64,000 nt of DNA from Eledone cirrhosa (lineage: Eukaryota): NCBI GenBank assembly GCA_964016885.1, contig OZ024742.1:268584001-268648000 (forward strand), read 5' to 3'. Below, piece by piece: positions 38,594-51,436 of this stretch; the stretch's first letter is position 1; each line of letters starts with the position of its first letter. The notes beneath the pieces were generated by a model. It did not search any database and was not told where the DNA came from. It worked only from the letters and a program-made list of their open reading frames with translations. The position numbers and the translations under genes are program-made.

Positions 38594-41500
38594 ATGACCT
38601 CACTCAGAATAGGCAGCATAAATGCGCGTGGCTTGGGGTCGTCATGGAAGCAGGGCCACCTGCTCAACGACCTCAGGTCACTAAACATAGATGTAGTGGC
38701 CATCAGCGAGACCAGAATCTCCGAAGCACAGGCTTTCGCCCCGATCTTCGGCGGCTACGATGTGTACGCATCTCCCAGCCGTCCGGGATCGGGGGGAGGA
38801 GTTGCTGTGCTTTTTCGGAGAGGTTTGGATCTTGCCATACGGGCCATCTTCCTGGACCCAGAAGGTAAGTTGGTGGTGCTGGACGTGACCAGCGGAGACG
38901 GGCAAGCTTTCAGGTTAGTGGCCGTCTATGGCCCGACAGGTGCAGGGCGGCCTGATTTCTTCCGGCGTCTGGAGACCTTTCTTGGAACGTCCCGCTCTTT
39001 AGTGTTAGTGGCGACTGGAACGGGATCTTAGATGCACGCTGGGATTGTGTAGGATTAGTGGGTAGGAAAGGAGGGTGCAAGAGTCTCACCAACCTGCTCA
39101 GACGTTTTGAACTGTCTGACAGGTACCGAATGGATTTCCCGAATGTACCAATGTGGACTTGGACAAATCGCATAGGGTCATCCAGATCATATCTAGATAG
39201 AGTATTTTGTAAGGAAATAGATAGGTCTAGCATAGGCTGTCCACAATTCAAGATAGTCAGCTACACGGACCACAAATTCGTGATCTGTGTGCTTGACTTA
39301 GATAGGCTTCATAGACGAGGACCCGGCTACTGGAAGCTAAACGCGTCCTTATCAGCGCGCAAGGCCTACAGAGACCGGATTAGCGAACTTGTTAAGCGGG
39401 CGTTGACGGGGGCCATCGTCAACAACAAGTGGTGGTTTGCTCTGAAATGAGCAATTAGAATAGAGTACATTAGGTTTAGTAAGACTTTAGCAATAGAGAA
39501 AAATAGAGCAGAGGGAGAATTAGTTAGAAAATTTGATGAGGCGCTTAGCAAAGGCATCGCGATCAACGTACTTGAGGCGAAATTGGCCCTTGACCAATTC
39601 TTCAATGCAAAGCACGAAGGCTGCGTTGTCAGAGCTAGGGTGCGTGCTCTCAGACACGAGGGGACGAAAGCCGTTCAATGGGCCCGAGTGGCGGAGGCGC
39701 GTCGTGGCAACAAAGCCACGATCCGGTCTTTGGTGGACCACGACAGGCGCATGGTACTCGATCCCGGCAAATGTGTGAAGCTTTTCAGCGACACTTCATT
39801 CAACTGTTCGGGGGCAGTGGCGGGCCGGATCGAGGGATGGAATTTAGTGTCTACATCGACGGACTGCCGCGGCTTTCGGCCACTGAGGCGGAGTGTTGCG
39901 AAAAGCCGATAACAACCGCTGAAGTACGGGATGCAATGACTAGTTGCACAAGGAGTAAATCGCCTGGTTTGGATGGTCTAACCTATGAACTTTACGTACA
40001 AATGCCAGACTTGTTCGGAGGCCTCTTGGCGGACGTCTACTGCAACTGGTAACAGAACGGGAGAATTCCAAGCTCTGTGAGCCGAGGAGCGGTGGCCTTG
40101 CTGAGAAAGGATCCGAACAAGGGAGTTAACATAGATAATTTTAGGCCCATAACTCTGCTAAACACAGAGTTCAAGATTTTGGCAAAGGTGCTAGCAAAGA
40201 GGTTGGCGCTTGTCTTTGGTGGTCTGGTGGGAGAGGCACATACATGCGCCATTCCCGACAGATCCATCCACGACAACCTCCACCTCATGCGATATATCGT
40301 AGAGAGGGTAGCTAGGGAACCTGGCACGGGTGGGTCTTTGATCAATTTAGATCAGTCGAAAGCCTTCGATAGGGTCGACCATCGTTACCTAGCGGCAGTC
40401 CTGAAGGCGGCTGGCTCTGGGCCCGGCCTCAGATGCTGGATCGCTGCCATGCACAGCGACATCTGCTCTGTAGTGAGAGTGAACGGTCACCTTTCGGAAC
40501 CGTTCAACATCATGCGCTCAGTCCGCCAAGGATGTCCCCTCTCGTCCCTCTTGTACGTATTGACTCTCGAGCCATTACTGCACAAACTGGAGACGTTGAG
40601 GGGTGTCCCGCGCGAACTAGGATGCGGAAGGTCCGTGTCAGCATATGCCGACGATGTCACAGAAGCGGTGTCGAACGCCATACACATCGAGGCGATCGGC
40701 ACTAGACTAAGAGAATACGAAGCGGTGACAGGAGCAGTAATCAACCAGGAAAAGTTAGTGGGCCTGCCGCTCGGCACTTTGAGCGGCAGGTCCATGCCGT
40801 CCAACAGCGTCGTCGGGCGCTGGACGGACGGACCGGTTTAAATTGCTAGGGGTCTGGTTCGGTCCAGACCTTCAGACGGACATAAACTGGGACGAGGTGA
40901 CGAGCAGGGTGGCTTCTCTCACCCAGAAATGGGCCGAGGGAAGCTATCCCTGAAAGGTCGAGCGGAGGTGGCGAAAGCGTACATCGCATCCGTCATCTAC
41001 TACCGCCTGACAGTCGTACCTTGTCCTAAGCCCCGCCTGACTGCGCTGGAGCGTTTGCTCTTTCGCTTCTTGTGGAAGGGACGCGCTCCGATGGTCAGGC
41101 GGTCCATATGCTGTCAACACCCGCTACGTGGAGTGCTGGGCATGCCGTGGCTGATGATGCGCAGACACGCGCTCAGGCTACGACATATCCACCTCTTCCT
41201 CGACGGTGATCAGGTGTCGTCGCCGTTTGCTAGACACGTTTTTCCCCAGCTCGTCTCCTTGACGGAGCTGCAGTCCTGGGTCAAGCGAAGACCGAGAGGG
41301 AGCGCTTGGAGACTGGAATGTCTTCAGGCGCTCACAGCCCTCGACCAATCGGGCAATGTGATCGGTGGAAACTCCACCTTGGCGTTCTATAGGGGATTAG
41401 TGGAGGGGAAGAGCGACGACGTACTTGGAGAAACTCTAGGCGTCGACGAAAATCAACTAGCCAATCTCTTCGGAAGGACTTTCGGGCCGGGGCCTATGGA

Positions 41501-42011
41501 CAACTTCCAGAAATCCCTGGCCTGGCAGTGCTACCGGGGAGCTTTGCCAGTTAGGGATAAACTCTACAGGCATGGAGGTGCCGTCAGCCGGGCATGTCCG
41601 AGATGCGCGCAGGGCGACGAAACCGTCCTGCACGCACTCGTCCAGTGTCCGAGCATTGCTGACTTGTGGGTTTATGTCGAACACCTGCTGTCACGTGTAG
41701 GACGGATCCGGCTATCAGCTGAGTCCATTGTGAGGATTGCTCCGCCCCCTTCCTTTAGCCGGGAAGGGCAGGCAGTTTTTATCTGTCTGGTGGCCATGGC
41801 GAAAGAGATAGTATGGTGGACACGTTTGAAAGGGCTGAAGACGAGCACTTACCTCTTCGGTGATGCCCTGATTAACTTTTTCAAATTTCATTTGAAAAGG
41901 AAAATCAGGGTAGAGAGGGAAATGCTCTCTTCCCTGCATTTTGTTGAAAGATGGGTGAGAGAAGCAAGTATGGCCCGAATGAATGGGCCTACTCTGAGTA
42001 TGTGTCTGTAA
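38594..42011 (+). pseudogene. Tx1 ORF2 (AP endonuclease, reverse transcriptase, zf-RVT) with a few stops and frameshifts
   Basis: SINARGL, ISET, SYLDR, YTDH, KSPGLDG, FRPITLLNTEFKIL, LDQSKAFDRVDH, RQGCPLS, AYADD, CPRC..ETVLHALVQC. Confidence 0.95.
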
Positions 42012-42287
42012 ATTAAGGGTGGATAACTGGGAGAGGGCACTTGCCCTGGGGGTCAGGGTCACTGTGGTCTTTTAATGGGCTTTCTCCCCAAATGTCCCTC
42101 GGAAGTCTCCCCCCTATTGGGGAATTTTTCTTTGTTATTTTATTTCATCCTCTGTTTTTTACACGCAGAAATGCCTATTTGTACCGTCCTGTATTGTCCT
42201 GTACTGTCCTTAATGTCTACTTTATGTAAACCCTTGTGGTTAATAAAGAAAACATTATTATGATTATTATTATTATTGCCATTGTTA

Positions 42288-43044
42288 TTCCTTGAATCTC
42301 AGTCATTGATGTTGGTTAACTGGAAAGTCCGTTGGATTGAATATCAAGCCACTACCTGCAGCCTCAGATATTCAGGACGTATCGGAGGGTTCTTGCCGTT
42401 CCAAGCAAGCATGCCTTTTGAAGCGTTCCAAAAAGCGTGAAGGGGCCGATTTTCTTTAACCATCCCTGGAAACCTTTGGAGATAGTCCCCAGTGCGCCTA
42501 TGACAATCGGGATCACTTTGACTTCATGGCAGTTCCAAATCCTTTTCACCTCCCACTTTAGGTCCTGGTATCGGTTAATTTTCTCCCTCTCCTTCTCTTG
42601 CACTCTCGTGTCGAACGGGCAGGCCACATCCACAATCAGGCACGATCTTTTTTCTTTGTCCACAACCACCAGGTCAGGTCTATTGTGTTCCAGTTTTTTG
42701 TCCGTCTGTATCCTAAAATCCCACAGCACCTTCACCTGACTGTTCTCCATCACCGCCTCTAGCCTATGCTCATACCATTTCTCAGAATGTGGTAGATTGT
42801 TTACTTTGCACAGGTGCCAGTGGATCACCCTGCCCATCACATCGTGTCTCCAGCCCTTATAGTGGGTCTGGGCTAGGTGTTTACACTCGGACACAATGTG
42901 AGCCACAGTCTCCTCTCTCTCTCCACAGATCCTGCACAGTGGACTAGCCTCCTCCTTGTAGATATGGTGCTTCAACCACTTCGTTTTGAGGGCCTGCTCC
43001 TGCGCAGCCATTAGCATTCCTTCTGTAGCCTTTTTGAGGTCTCC

Positions 43045-43045
<1 letters not shown>
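42288..43045 (-). mobile_element. 5'-truncated R4/Dong-like LINE in (TAA)n
   Basis: Open ORF 42364..43017; flanked on both sides by TTA/TAA repeats, the known target of Dong elements. Confidence 0.92.
42364..43017 (-). CDS. C-terminal zinc knuckle plus restriction-like endonuclease of a non-LTR retrotransposon (truncated but open, 217 aa)
   Basis: CRICGEREETVAHIVSEC, RHD, LWDF, RPDLVVVD..IVDVACP..KINRYQDL. Confidence 0.85.
   Translation of the reverse strand: MLMAAQEQALKTKWLKHHIYKEEASPLCRICGEREETVAHIVSECKHLAQTHYKGWRHDVMGRVIHWHLCKVNNLPHSEKWYEHRLEAVMENSQVKVLWDFRIQTDKKLEHNRPDLVVVDKEKRSCLIVDVACPFDTRVQEKEREKINRYQDLKWEVKRIWNCHEVKVIPIVIGALGTISKGFQGWLKKIGPFTLFGTLQKACLLGTARTLRYVLNI

Positions 43046-43097
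<52 letters not shown>
43046..43097. repeat. (TTA)n microsatellite
   Basis: Directly visible between two LINE fragments. Confidence 0.95.
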
Positions 43098-43100
<3 letters not shown>

Positions 43101-43104
43101 ATAG

Positions 43105-43850
43105 TTCTTTGAGTCTCTGTCATTGATGTTAGTTAACTGGAAAGATTGTTGCAATGAATATCAAGCCACTACCTGCAACCTCAGATATTCAGGACGTATC
43201 GGAGGGTTCTTGCTGTTTCCAGCAAGCATGCCTTTTGAAGCGTTCCAAAATGCGTGGCGGGGCCAATTTTCTTTAACCATCCCTGGAAACTTTTTGAGAT
43301 AGTGCCTACTGCGCCTATGACAATCGGGATCACTTTGACTTCATGGCAGTTCCAAATCCTTTTTACCTCCCACTTTAAGTCCTGGTATCGGTTAATTTTC
43401 TCCCTCTCCTTCTCTTGCACTCTCGTGTCGAATGGGCAGGCCACATCCACAATCAGGCACGATCTTTTTTCTTTGTCCAAAACCACCAGGTCAGGTATAT
43501 TGTGTTCCAGTTTCTTGTCCGTCTGTATCGTAAAATCCCACACCACCTTCACCTGATCGTTTTCTATCACCGACTCTGGCTTATGCTCATACCACTTCTC
43601 AGAATGTGGTAAATTGTTTACTTTGCATGGGTGCCAAAGGATGACTTTGTCCATCACATCATGTCTCCAGCCCTTTTAGTGAGTCTGCGTGAGGTGTTTA
43701 CACTTGGATACAATGTGAGCCAGAGTCTCCTCTCTCTCTCCACAGATCCTGCACAGTGGGCTACCTTCCTCCTTGTAAATATGGTGGTTCAACCACTTCG
43801 TTTTGAGGGCCTGTTCCTGCGCAGCCATTAACATTCCTTCTGTAGCCTTT
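43105..43850 (-). mobile_element. Second 5'-truncated R4/Dong-like LINE in (TAA)n
   Basis: ORF 43181..43657 is a diverged paralogue of 42364..43017. Confidence 0.92.
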
Positions 43851-43884
43851 ATTATTATTATTATTGTTATTATTATTATTATTA

Positions 43885-43920
<36 letters not shown>
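43849..43920. repeat. (TTA)n microsatellite
   Basis: Directly visible. Confidence 0.95.
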
Positions 43921-46900
43921 GAGACCTACGGAGGAAATCGTATCATCGTGAGCTCCGCAAAGTGTGTTTTTTTCGTTTGTTTAAAATTGCTATTTATGGA
44001 TAATTTTTGTTCTTAATTGTTTATAAAGTCACAACATTTGCTTTCGGAAAAGGACACTCAAACAGATTGAGGCCATGAGCCCAAAATTTAAACTTTATAA
44101 TTATCAAACAAAAAATTTCTTTGAAAAATAATGGACGACTCACAGCTACACCAATCATATATGAGCCTTCCTCACAATCTAACACCTCAGACCGACACCA
44201 CCATTGTAAATGTAAGCAGTAGCAATAATATAAATTTGTCTCATGCAGACAGTCATTTCCCGCCATTACCAATGACTGCAGGTGTTGAATCCACCACCCC
44301 CACCACCACCACTGCGACAACAGAGAGAAAAGAAAAAAATAAATTATCTCGTGACATCCAAATGGATTCACCTTAATGGACTCTTCCACACCGAACACCA
44401 CCGTCGCCACCACCACCACAACTAAAACTAAAAATAACAATAACAAAAATAACAATGACAACAACAGCAACAACAACATTGAGAATAACAACACCGGGTC
44501 GTTTGCCAAAGCAGCCTAAAAATGCGAAACAATCCAGGTAACTCAGGAGGATTTAGAGGAAGTCAAGAGAATGGTAAAGAAAGATGGGTACAGAATCAGC
44601 CCCCCACCCTCACTAAATAAAATGGAGCATCGGCGCCTAAGCACCGTATCTTATTGAACGATTAACATAAAATCGCGCTGAGTGGAACGGGCATCCGAGT
44701 CCCAAATCCCAAAAGCTTTGGGACATGTGTGGGCAAAAAAAACCACATCAGATGTGGGATGAAATATGGAACCATGGACGTGTTCGTTGGAACACCACAG
44801 GCGGCCAGAGAACATTCTATGGCCCCATTAAGAAGCGACGACTTCACACTCGTCCCAAGACATTATGGCCAGAGACGCGTAAAGATCAGGGTGACCCACG
44901 TTCCACCGGCCATCGAAATTCCCTGGCCAATGTCTGCCGTCCTCGCCGGCATCGAGGCCAAAACCAAAATAATAGAAATAGCAAAAGAAAATCAGGAGAA
45001 CTGGTCCGGATCTGGGATGGAGCTCCTGATCCAAGCGGACCAAAAAAGCATTGAGGAGATCCCAGAGGTAATAGACCTCACTGACGGCAACCACCTCACC
45101 GTAATTGTCGAGAGTAGAAGGCCTAGGTGTGTCGTTTGTGGTAAAGGAACCCCTAATGGCTTTCTGCCCTCAGGCTAAAAAGTTGAGGCCACCTCTCTTA
45201 CCCACCCCAGTGACACAACCATCAACACCAGCAGCAGCAGATATAGCAGGTAAAACTGCAGCAGCAACAACAGAAGCAATTGTAGCAGCAACATCCCCAG
45301 CAACAGTAGCAAAACCAACACCACCACCACCCAACCCGCCAGAACTAGCACCAGCGACTACACCATCCACCACGCTACAATCAAAACCAAAGCCTGTGGA
45401 TGATTTTCCATTCCCCGACCTATCACAACTGGAGACAGATTGTGACGACGAGGAGTGGGAAACTGTATCAGGAAAAAATAATAAAAGAAAAATAACATAC
45501 AAATGAAAAAAATTCCCTTCCTTCACCCTCCAAAAACAAAATACAGAAGGAAACAAATAAACTAACAAACAAAAAAAGTTAGGACAGATATGCCACCATA
45601 TTCACCAGCGTCACCAACCCCATCACCACAAACACCAACACCATCACCATCATTCACCCCCACACCATCATCAGCAACATCACAAAAGTCACCAAAAAGA
45701 GAAACAGAAACAACAAACGCAACAAACGCAACAAACGGAAACAAACACAAACAAAAGAAAACAACCAAAACGTTACCCACTACATAGCATTAAATTTGAA
45801 CAACAAACGGGATCTAAGGGCGGTGAATTGGCAGTATCGGTAGAGGGTTGGACGCCATGCTTTGATGCATAGAGTTACGGCTTTTGCCATTCTCAGTTCA
45901 AATCCCGCCTAGGTTAACTTTGCTTTTCATCCTTACGGGGTCGATAAAATACAGTACCAGTAATGCACTGGGATAATTGCTGGCCTTGTGCCAATAGTAG
46001 AAACAATTAAATTTGAAAAACAACCAATTATTACACTACATCCAACACAACACCAGCATCACAGAAAAAGACTACACGACAACCCAAAAGTCCACACCAC
46101 CTCCACACATACAAATCACTCGCATCTCACAGACAACATACACGACACTAAAACAAAAATTCCCCAAAGACATCGGAGACTTCCGATAAGCACTCTCCAG
46201 AGGATTTATAAGGACATCCTTCCGGAGGAGACCACAAGCAGTGAACAGGATGGAGAAACCATCCTTCCTCTACGAGAAGTAAGGTAAGCGGCTTTCCCAT
46301 CTATTCCACTCCTTTTTAACATGACCTCACGCAGAATAGGCTGCATAAATGCGCGTGGCTTGGGGTCACTAAACATAGATGTAGTGGCCATCAGCGAGAC
46401 CAGAATCTCCGAAGCGCGGGCTTTCGCAACGATCTTCAGCGGCTACGATGTGTACCAGCGGAAACGGGCAAGCTTTCAGGCTAGTGGCCGTCTATGCCAC
46501 GAAAGGAGCAGGGCGGCCTGATTTCTTCCGGCGTCTGGAGACATTCCTAAGAACGTCCCCCTTTTTAGTCTTAGTGGGCGACTGGAATGGGATCTTAGAT
46601 GCTAGGTGGGACTTTGTGGGATTAGCGGATAGGGGAGGAGGGTGCAAGAGCTTCACCAACCTGCTCAGGCGTTTTTAACTGTCTGACAGGTACCGATTGA
46701 ATTTCCCGAATGTGCCAATGTGGACTTGGACAAACCTTATCGGGTCATCTAGATCATATCTAGATATAGTATTTTGTAGGGAAATAGATATGTATAGCAT
46801 AGGCTGACTACAATTCAAGATAGTCAGCTACACGGACCACAAATTCGTGATATGTGTAGTTGACTTAGATAGGCTTCATAGACAAGGACCCGGCTACTGG

Positions 46901-47508
46901 AAGCTCAACTCGTCATTACCAGCGCCCGAGGCCTACAGAGACCGGATTAGCGAACTAGTCAAGCGGGCGTTGACGGGGGCCATCGTCAACAACAAGTGGT
47001 GGTTTGCTCTGAAAAGAGCGATTAGAATAGAGTCCATTAGGTTTAGTAAGACTTTAACAATAGAGACAAATAAAGCAGAGGCAGAACTAGTTAGAAAATT
47101 AGACGAGGCGCTTCGCAAACGCATCGGTACCGACGTAATTGCGGCGAAATTGGACCGAGCCTTGTTCTTCAATGCAAAGAACGAAGGCTGCGTTGTCAGA
47201 GCTAGGGTGCCTGCTCTCAGACACGAGGGGACGAAAGCCATTCAATGGGCCCGAGTGGCGGAGGCGCGTCGTGGCAACGAAACCACGATCCGGTCTTTGG
47301 TGGACCACGAAGGGCGCATGCTACTCGAACCCGAACAAATGTGAGAAGCTTTTCAGCGACACTTCACTCAGCTGTTCGGGGCAGCGAAGTGTAGAGAACG
47401 AGGGACGGACTTTAGTGTCCTCCTCGACGGACTGCGGGGGCCCTCGGCCACTGAGGTCACTGAAAATAGCCTGGGTAAATCACCTGGTTTGGATGGTCTG
47501 CCCTATGA
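43921..47508 (+). mobile_element. Tx1-like LINE copy B (5' UTR, ORF1, deleted EN; 3' part missing)
   Basis: Starts immediately after (TTA)n; 44712 onward is colinear with copy A; ends after the KSPGLDGLPYE motif. Confidence 0.9.
45817..46008 (+). mobile_element. tRNA-derived SINE inserted in Tx1 ORF1
   Basis: Flanked by duplicated attaaatttgaa(c/a)aacaa; absent from copy A. Confidence 0.9.
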
Positions 47509-50500
47509 AAGAAATACAAAAAGAGGGGGAAATGTTTAAATCGAGCACATTTCGCGTGCCGGAACATTTGTTTGTGGTGCGAATGTCGCTAGATTTATAC
47601 AAAGCGATTCGAGACAACTTTCCTCGGGATGTGGGAACCCCGAACGTAAAACCCACTTCAAGACTTTTAAAGGGGTTCCCAGATGAACCCCCACCAACTA
47701 TAGGGGTCGACCCACCCGAACTTCACATAAGCCGGGAAGGTTAGTAGAACTTTCTCCTCTCTTTTAGCCTGCCAAGATGCCCGTGTTAAGAATAGGAATT
47801 TTAAATGATCGGGTCATGGGATCGTCCTGGAACCAGGGAGACCTGCTCAACGTCTTCAGTTCTCCAGAAATGCATGTAATTGCCGTCAGTGAGATCAGAA
47901 TTTCCGACACGCGCTCACTAGCCCCCATTTTCGACGATTATCAGATCTTCCAATCTGTTAGTCTGCCGGAATTGGGAGGTGTGGTGGCAGTTAAGAAAGG
48001 CCTGGAACTCGAGGTAAGGCCGATCTTCCGGGAACCGGACAGTATGTTGGTGGCCTGGACGCGAACCACAGCGAAGGTAGTGCCTTTAGACTGGTGGCCG
48101 TCTCCGCCCCTACTGGGGTAGGACGGCCGGACATCTTTAGACGCCTTGAAGCCTTTTCTGAGTAGGTCTCGCCCTTTACTGTTAGCGGTCATTGTAACGG
48201 CATCTTAGACGCACGCTGGGGCTGTGTGGGATCAGATAGGAGCGTGGGGTGCAAAGGCCTCAAGTACCTGATCAGCCAGTTCCAACAGTCTGACAGGTAC
48301 AGACTAGATTTCCCTAATGCGCCAGTGTGGACCTGGGCTAACCGCATAGGGTCATCTAGATCGTATATAGACAGGATATTCATTAGGAAAATAGAGAGAA
48401 ATAGTGTAAGCTCTACACGTTTTAAACCGGCCGCCTATTCATATCACAAGTTTGTGATCTGTATGGTCGACCTAGATAAAACGCGTAGGTTATGACCTGG
48501 TTACTGGAAGCTGAACATGTCGTTTCCGGCACGTAAGGCTTACAGGAACCGGGTCAACAACTTAGTTAAGAAAAAGTGGACATGGGTAGTCGTAAACAAT
48601 AGATGGTGAGGGCTCTCAAAAGAGAGATTAGTGTAATGTCGATAGGGTTTAGCAAAAAGTAGAAAGGAGGGGGAGCTGGTAGATACGTTAGACGAGGCTA
48701 TTTGTAGTGGCATTGCAACTGACGTACTAGCGGCGAGAATGGCATTAGATCATTTCTTCAATGCGAAACACGAAGGTTGCATTGTCAGAGCTAAGGCGCA
48801 TGCTCTGAGAAACGAGGGACCAAAGCTGTTTGTTGGGCCCGCGTGGCAAGGCGCAGCTTGGTAATAATACGACAATTCGATCTTTAACGGACCGAGACGG
48901 ACACGAGCTGAGCGATTGCAAGCCGATGTGTGAGGCCTTTCGCCAAAATTTTGCTCGGTTGATCGGTGGAATTGGGAGGCTAGGGTCAGAGACGGTGCCG
49001 GACTTCAGTCTCTAACTCTGTGGCTTACCACAACTCTCTACGTCAACGCTGAGCGCTGCGAAAGGCCGATTAATTCAGCCAAGATTAAGGATGCCCTTGT
49101 TGGCTGCATGAGGCGCAAGTTACCCGGGTTGGATGGTCTGCCCTATGAGACTTACATAAATATGCCAGACTTGTTCTCCGATCTCCTCGAAGCGCTCTAC
49201 TGCAACTGGCAGTAGAACGGGAGTATTACCAGTTATGTGAGCCGAGGCATAGTGACGCTGATAAGGAAACACGAGAACCAGGGGGGCAAATTAGACAATT
49301 TCAGGCTTATAACTCTGCTCAACACAGAGTTTAAGATTTTGAAGAAAGTGTTAGCGAAGAGGTTAGCGCTTGTTTTCGAGTATTTGGGTGGAGAGACGCA
49401 AACTTGCGCAATCCCAACCAGGTCCTTACACGACAACCTCAACCTGATGTGATACATCATAGAGAGGGTAGGGTGCAAACCTGACTTCGGTGGGGTTCTG
49501 ATTAATTTAGATCAATCGAAAGCATTCGATATGTTCGACCATCGGTACCTGGAGGCTGTCCTCAAGACAGCTGGCTACGGCACCGTCTTCAGAAGGTCGA
49601 TCACTGCAATGCACGGCGGCATCTGCTCAGTCGTTAAAGTTAATGGCCACCTCTCGGAACCGTCTCAGATCCCCCGATCGGTCTGGCCAGGGTGCACTCT
49701 CTCCTCCCGTCTGTACGTATTGACTCTCGAGCCTTTACTGCGGAAGCTGGAGATGTTGCAGGGCATCCCGCTCGAACCGGGACGTGGAAGTGCTGTGTCG
49801 GCTTATGCCGACGACATCACCGTGATGTTGTCGGACACCTCGGAAATCGAGGTGGTCGGCAACTTATTGGAGGAATATGAAAGGTTGACGGGATCAAAAC
49901 TTAACCCGGAAAAGTCGGTGGGCTTGCAGCTCGGCAGCTGAAGAGGCAAGTCTATGCTGTCCAACTGCGTCGTTGGGCTCTGGGCGGACGGACCGGTAAA
50001 GTTGCTATGGGTTTGGTTCGGGCCTGAGCTCCAGGTGGATCAGAATTGGGACGAGGTTACGGGACGGTTAGCCAGTCTGACCAAGAAATGGTCTATGAGG
50101 AAGCTATCACTGAAATGTCGGGCGTAGGTGGCGAACGCGTACATAGCGTCTGTCATCCACTACCGCCCGATTGTCGTCTCTTGCCCCGGTTCTCGTCTCG
50201 CTAACTTGGAATGGTTCCTCTTTAAATTCTTGTGGAGAGGACAAGTTCCATTGGTCAGGTGCACCATCTTCTGCCTGCACACTCTATGTGGAGTGCTTGT
50301 CAAGCGGTGGCTAATGATGCGCCGACATGCGCTGACGCTGCGGCATCTGCAGATATTCTGACAAGACGGTGAACAGGTGTGGACGCAGTATGTCAGACGG
50401 GCCTTTCCGCAGCTCGTCTCTTTGACTGAGCCTCAGTCCTGGGTCAAGAAGAGACCAAGACTGAGTGACTGGCATCGGGAATGCTGCCAGGCACTCACTG

Positions 50501-51412
50501 CCCTCTACCAGGCGTGCAATGCGGTCAGTGGAACTCCCACTCTCGAGTTCTATTGAGGATTACTGGTGCACAAGTGCGACCACGCACTCGGAGAGGCTCT
50601 GGGCTTCGACAAAGTCGAACTAACCAGTCTGTTCTGGAAGACTTTCGAGCCGGGGACGATGGATAATTTGCAAAAATTCCTCGCTTGGCAGTGCTACCGA
50701 GGGCCACTGCCTGTTCGAGACAAACTCTACAGACACGGAAGTGCTGTCAGACGTACCTGCTCGAGATGCGCGCAGACCGACGAAACCGTTCTGCACGCAC
50801 TCGTCCAGTGTCCGTACATTACTGTCTTGTGGAGTTATATCGAACAGCTGTTGTCGCGTGTAGAACGGATCCGGCTACCAGCCGAGTCCATAGTGAAGAT
50901 CGACCCGCCGCCTTCTTTTGGCCAGGAAGGGCAGGCAATTTTCCTCTGGTGGCAGTAGACAGAGTTTGCATGTTGGACTAGGTTGAAAGGACTGAAGACA
51001 GACACTTTTCTCTTCGGCCAATCCCTCATAAACTTTTTCATGTTTCACTAGGAATGGAAGGTGAGGGTGGAGAGAGAAGAGCTGCCCTCCAGTACATTTG
51101 CTGAAAGGTGGGTGAATGTGGCGAGCATGGCCCGTGTGAATGGGCCTACTTTGATCATGCGCCTGTAGGTGGGTGAATTTGAGGATGAGAGGGGTGCTCT
51201 TCCCAGGTGCTCTCGAAGCGTCGGGTCGTTCAGGATTGGTGGGGTACCTGAGTGAACCCTGGGTGGTCATCCCACTAATTGGGGAATTGTTCTTGTATTT
51301 TTCTTGTTATTTTGTTATTTTTATTATTGTTTACACGTTGTATATGTACACTCCCACTGTCCCAGTCTTTTGTATTGTCCCCTATATGTCGGCCCTTCTG
51401 GCCAATAAATGA
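47509..51412 (+). mobile_element. Tx1-like LINE copy C (divergent subfamily): ORF1 tail, decayed ORF2, 3' UTR
   Basis: MPVLRIGILN (47777), SYIDR, FRLITLLNTEFKIL, AYADD, CSRC..HALVQC; ends ccaataaatgaa then (TTA)n. Confidence 0.9.
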
Positions 51413-51436
51413 AATTATTATTATTATTATTATTAT

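Larger units (their letters stand above)
37198..42255 (+). mobile_element. Near full-length Tx1-like (L1 clade) LINE, copy A
   Basis: ORF1 with CCHC knuckle, ORF2 with APE-RT-zinc finger, 3' UTR ending aataaagaaaac then (TTA)n; 5' truncated relative to the copy at 43921. Confidence 0.95.
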
